Source: Camelus ferus (taxonomy: Eukaryota). From it: a stretch of 64,000 bases of DNA. Where the stretch lies: NCBI RefSeq assembly GCF_009834535.1, contig NC_045697.1, positions 29,452,001 to 29,516,000 of the forward strand, in the 5' to 3' direction. Below, piece after piece: positions 63,514 to 64,000 of this stretch. The first letter of the stretch is position 1, and each line of letters starts with the position of its first letter. A program made the translations under genes and the position numbers. The notes beneath the pieces were generated by a model. That model was not told where the DNA came from, did no database searches, and was given only the letters and a program-made list of their open reading frames with translations.

Positions 63514-64000
63514 CAGGATTGGCCTAGAAGGGAGTACAGCACACCACAATGCCTCCTGGACAGTGCATATAAACAGCTTTCAGGTAAGTATGGATTTGAA
63601 TGCAGTAAGTACTTTCCCCTACGTAAACCTCATTCTTTACAAAACTCTTTTCTTATTTCTTAACCCATGACTTGGACTGAATCTAATTCTAAGGAATCTC
63701 ATGAATACCTGCTTTCTCATTTAATCCAAATCAGTAAATTTAAGTTACTCAAAGGTTTTTTTGTTTGTTTGTTTGTTTAAATGAAGTTTTTATCCCTCCT
63801 TTTTAGCCAAAATTATTAGGAAAACTATCAGCAGTAATAAGATTGATGCAAACTCATAAAATATTAATAATGTTTAAGGTTATTTTTGTTTCACATAAGA
63901 CAGTTATTATTTCTCTCCTCTATAAAACTCAGTGCTACAGAGTTAACAGTATATAGAAAGTTTACTAAAACTAGACTTTAATTCCAAATTACTTTTTAGA

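Larger units (their letters stand above)
1..64000 (-). other. APBB2: APBB2 transcription unit (partial; window is almost entirely intronic)
   Basis: Five minus-strand exons splice in frame to ...DVWSDHSFQTDPDLPPGWKRV...PENE|KQPWSDF...DIWK|DLHAATV...LKLR|NAPHADDDD...EAK|CFAVRSLGWVEMAEE, recognised as Fe65L1. The large upstream N-terminal exon was not found in 40061-64000, so that part is inferred to be intron. Confidence 0.95.

Noticed and set aside
63340..63663. 107-aa plus-strand ORF with a CAG|GTAAGT donor at 63583
   Set aside because: Antisense reading of L1 ORF2; no evidence for a plus-strand transcript.
1..64000. CRISPR array, operon, prophage or other prokaryotic system
   Set aside because: The sequence is CpG-depleted mammalian intron; there is no repeat-spacer array or dense coding region.

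Overview
Mammalian genomic DNA, most likely camelid, judged from five tRNA-derived SINE copies resembling the camelid Vic-1 family. The whole window lies inside the minus-strand gene APBB2 (Fe65-like 1). Five coding exons were read by hand, all with consistent splice phases: the WW-domain exon (39852-40057, or 40060 through a CAGTAG tandem acceptor), a 63-nt exon with a GC donor (31344-31406), an 86-nt exon (30919-31004), a 61-nt exon (30767-30827), and the first 46 nt of the PTB1 exon (1-46, truncated by the window edge). The rest is intron, rich in MIR, L2, L1 fragments, MaLR/ERV solo LTRs, MER DNA transposons and microsatellites; repeat family names come from remembered consensus sequences and their boundaries are approximate. 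There is no prokaryotic, CRISPR or intact mobile-element system, and almost all supplied ORFs look spurious. The most interesting unexplained structure is a possible hidden splicing module in the WW-to-PTB1 linker: a candidate 9-nt in-frame microexon (VIK) with upstream UGC motifs and a downstream UGCAUG, a candidate 45-nt in-frame exon, and a 63-nt GC-AG exon with a distant branch point. Also notable are a near-perfect 54-bp dispersed duplication 3.5 kb apart and a retrotransposon target site that appears to have been used twice.
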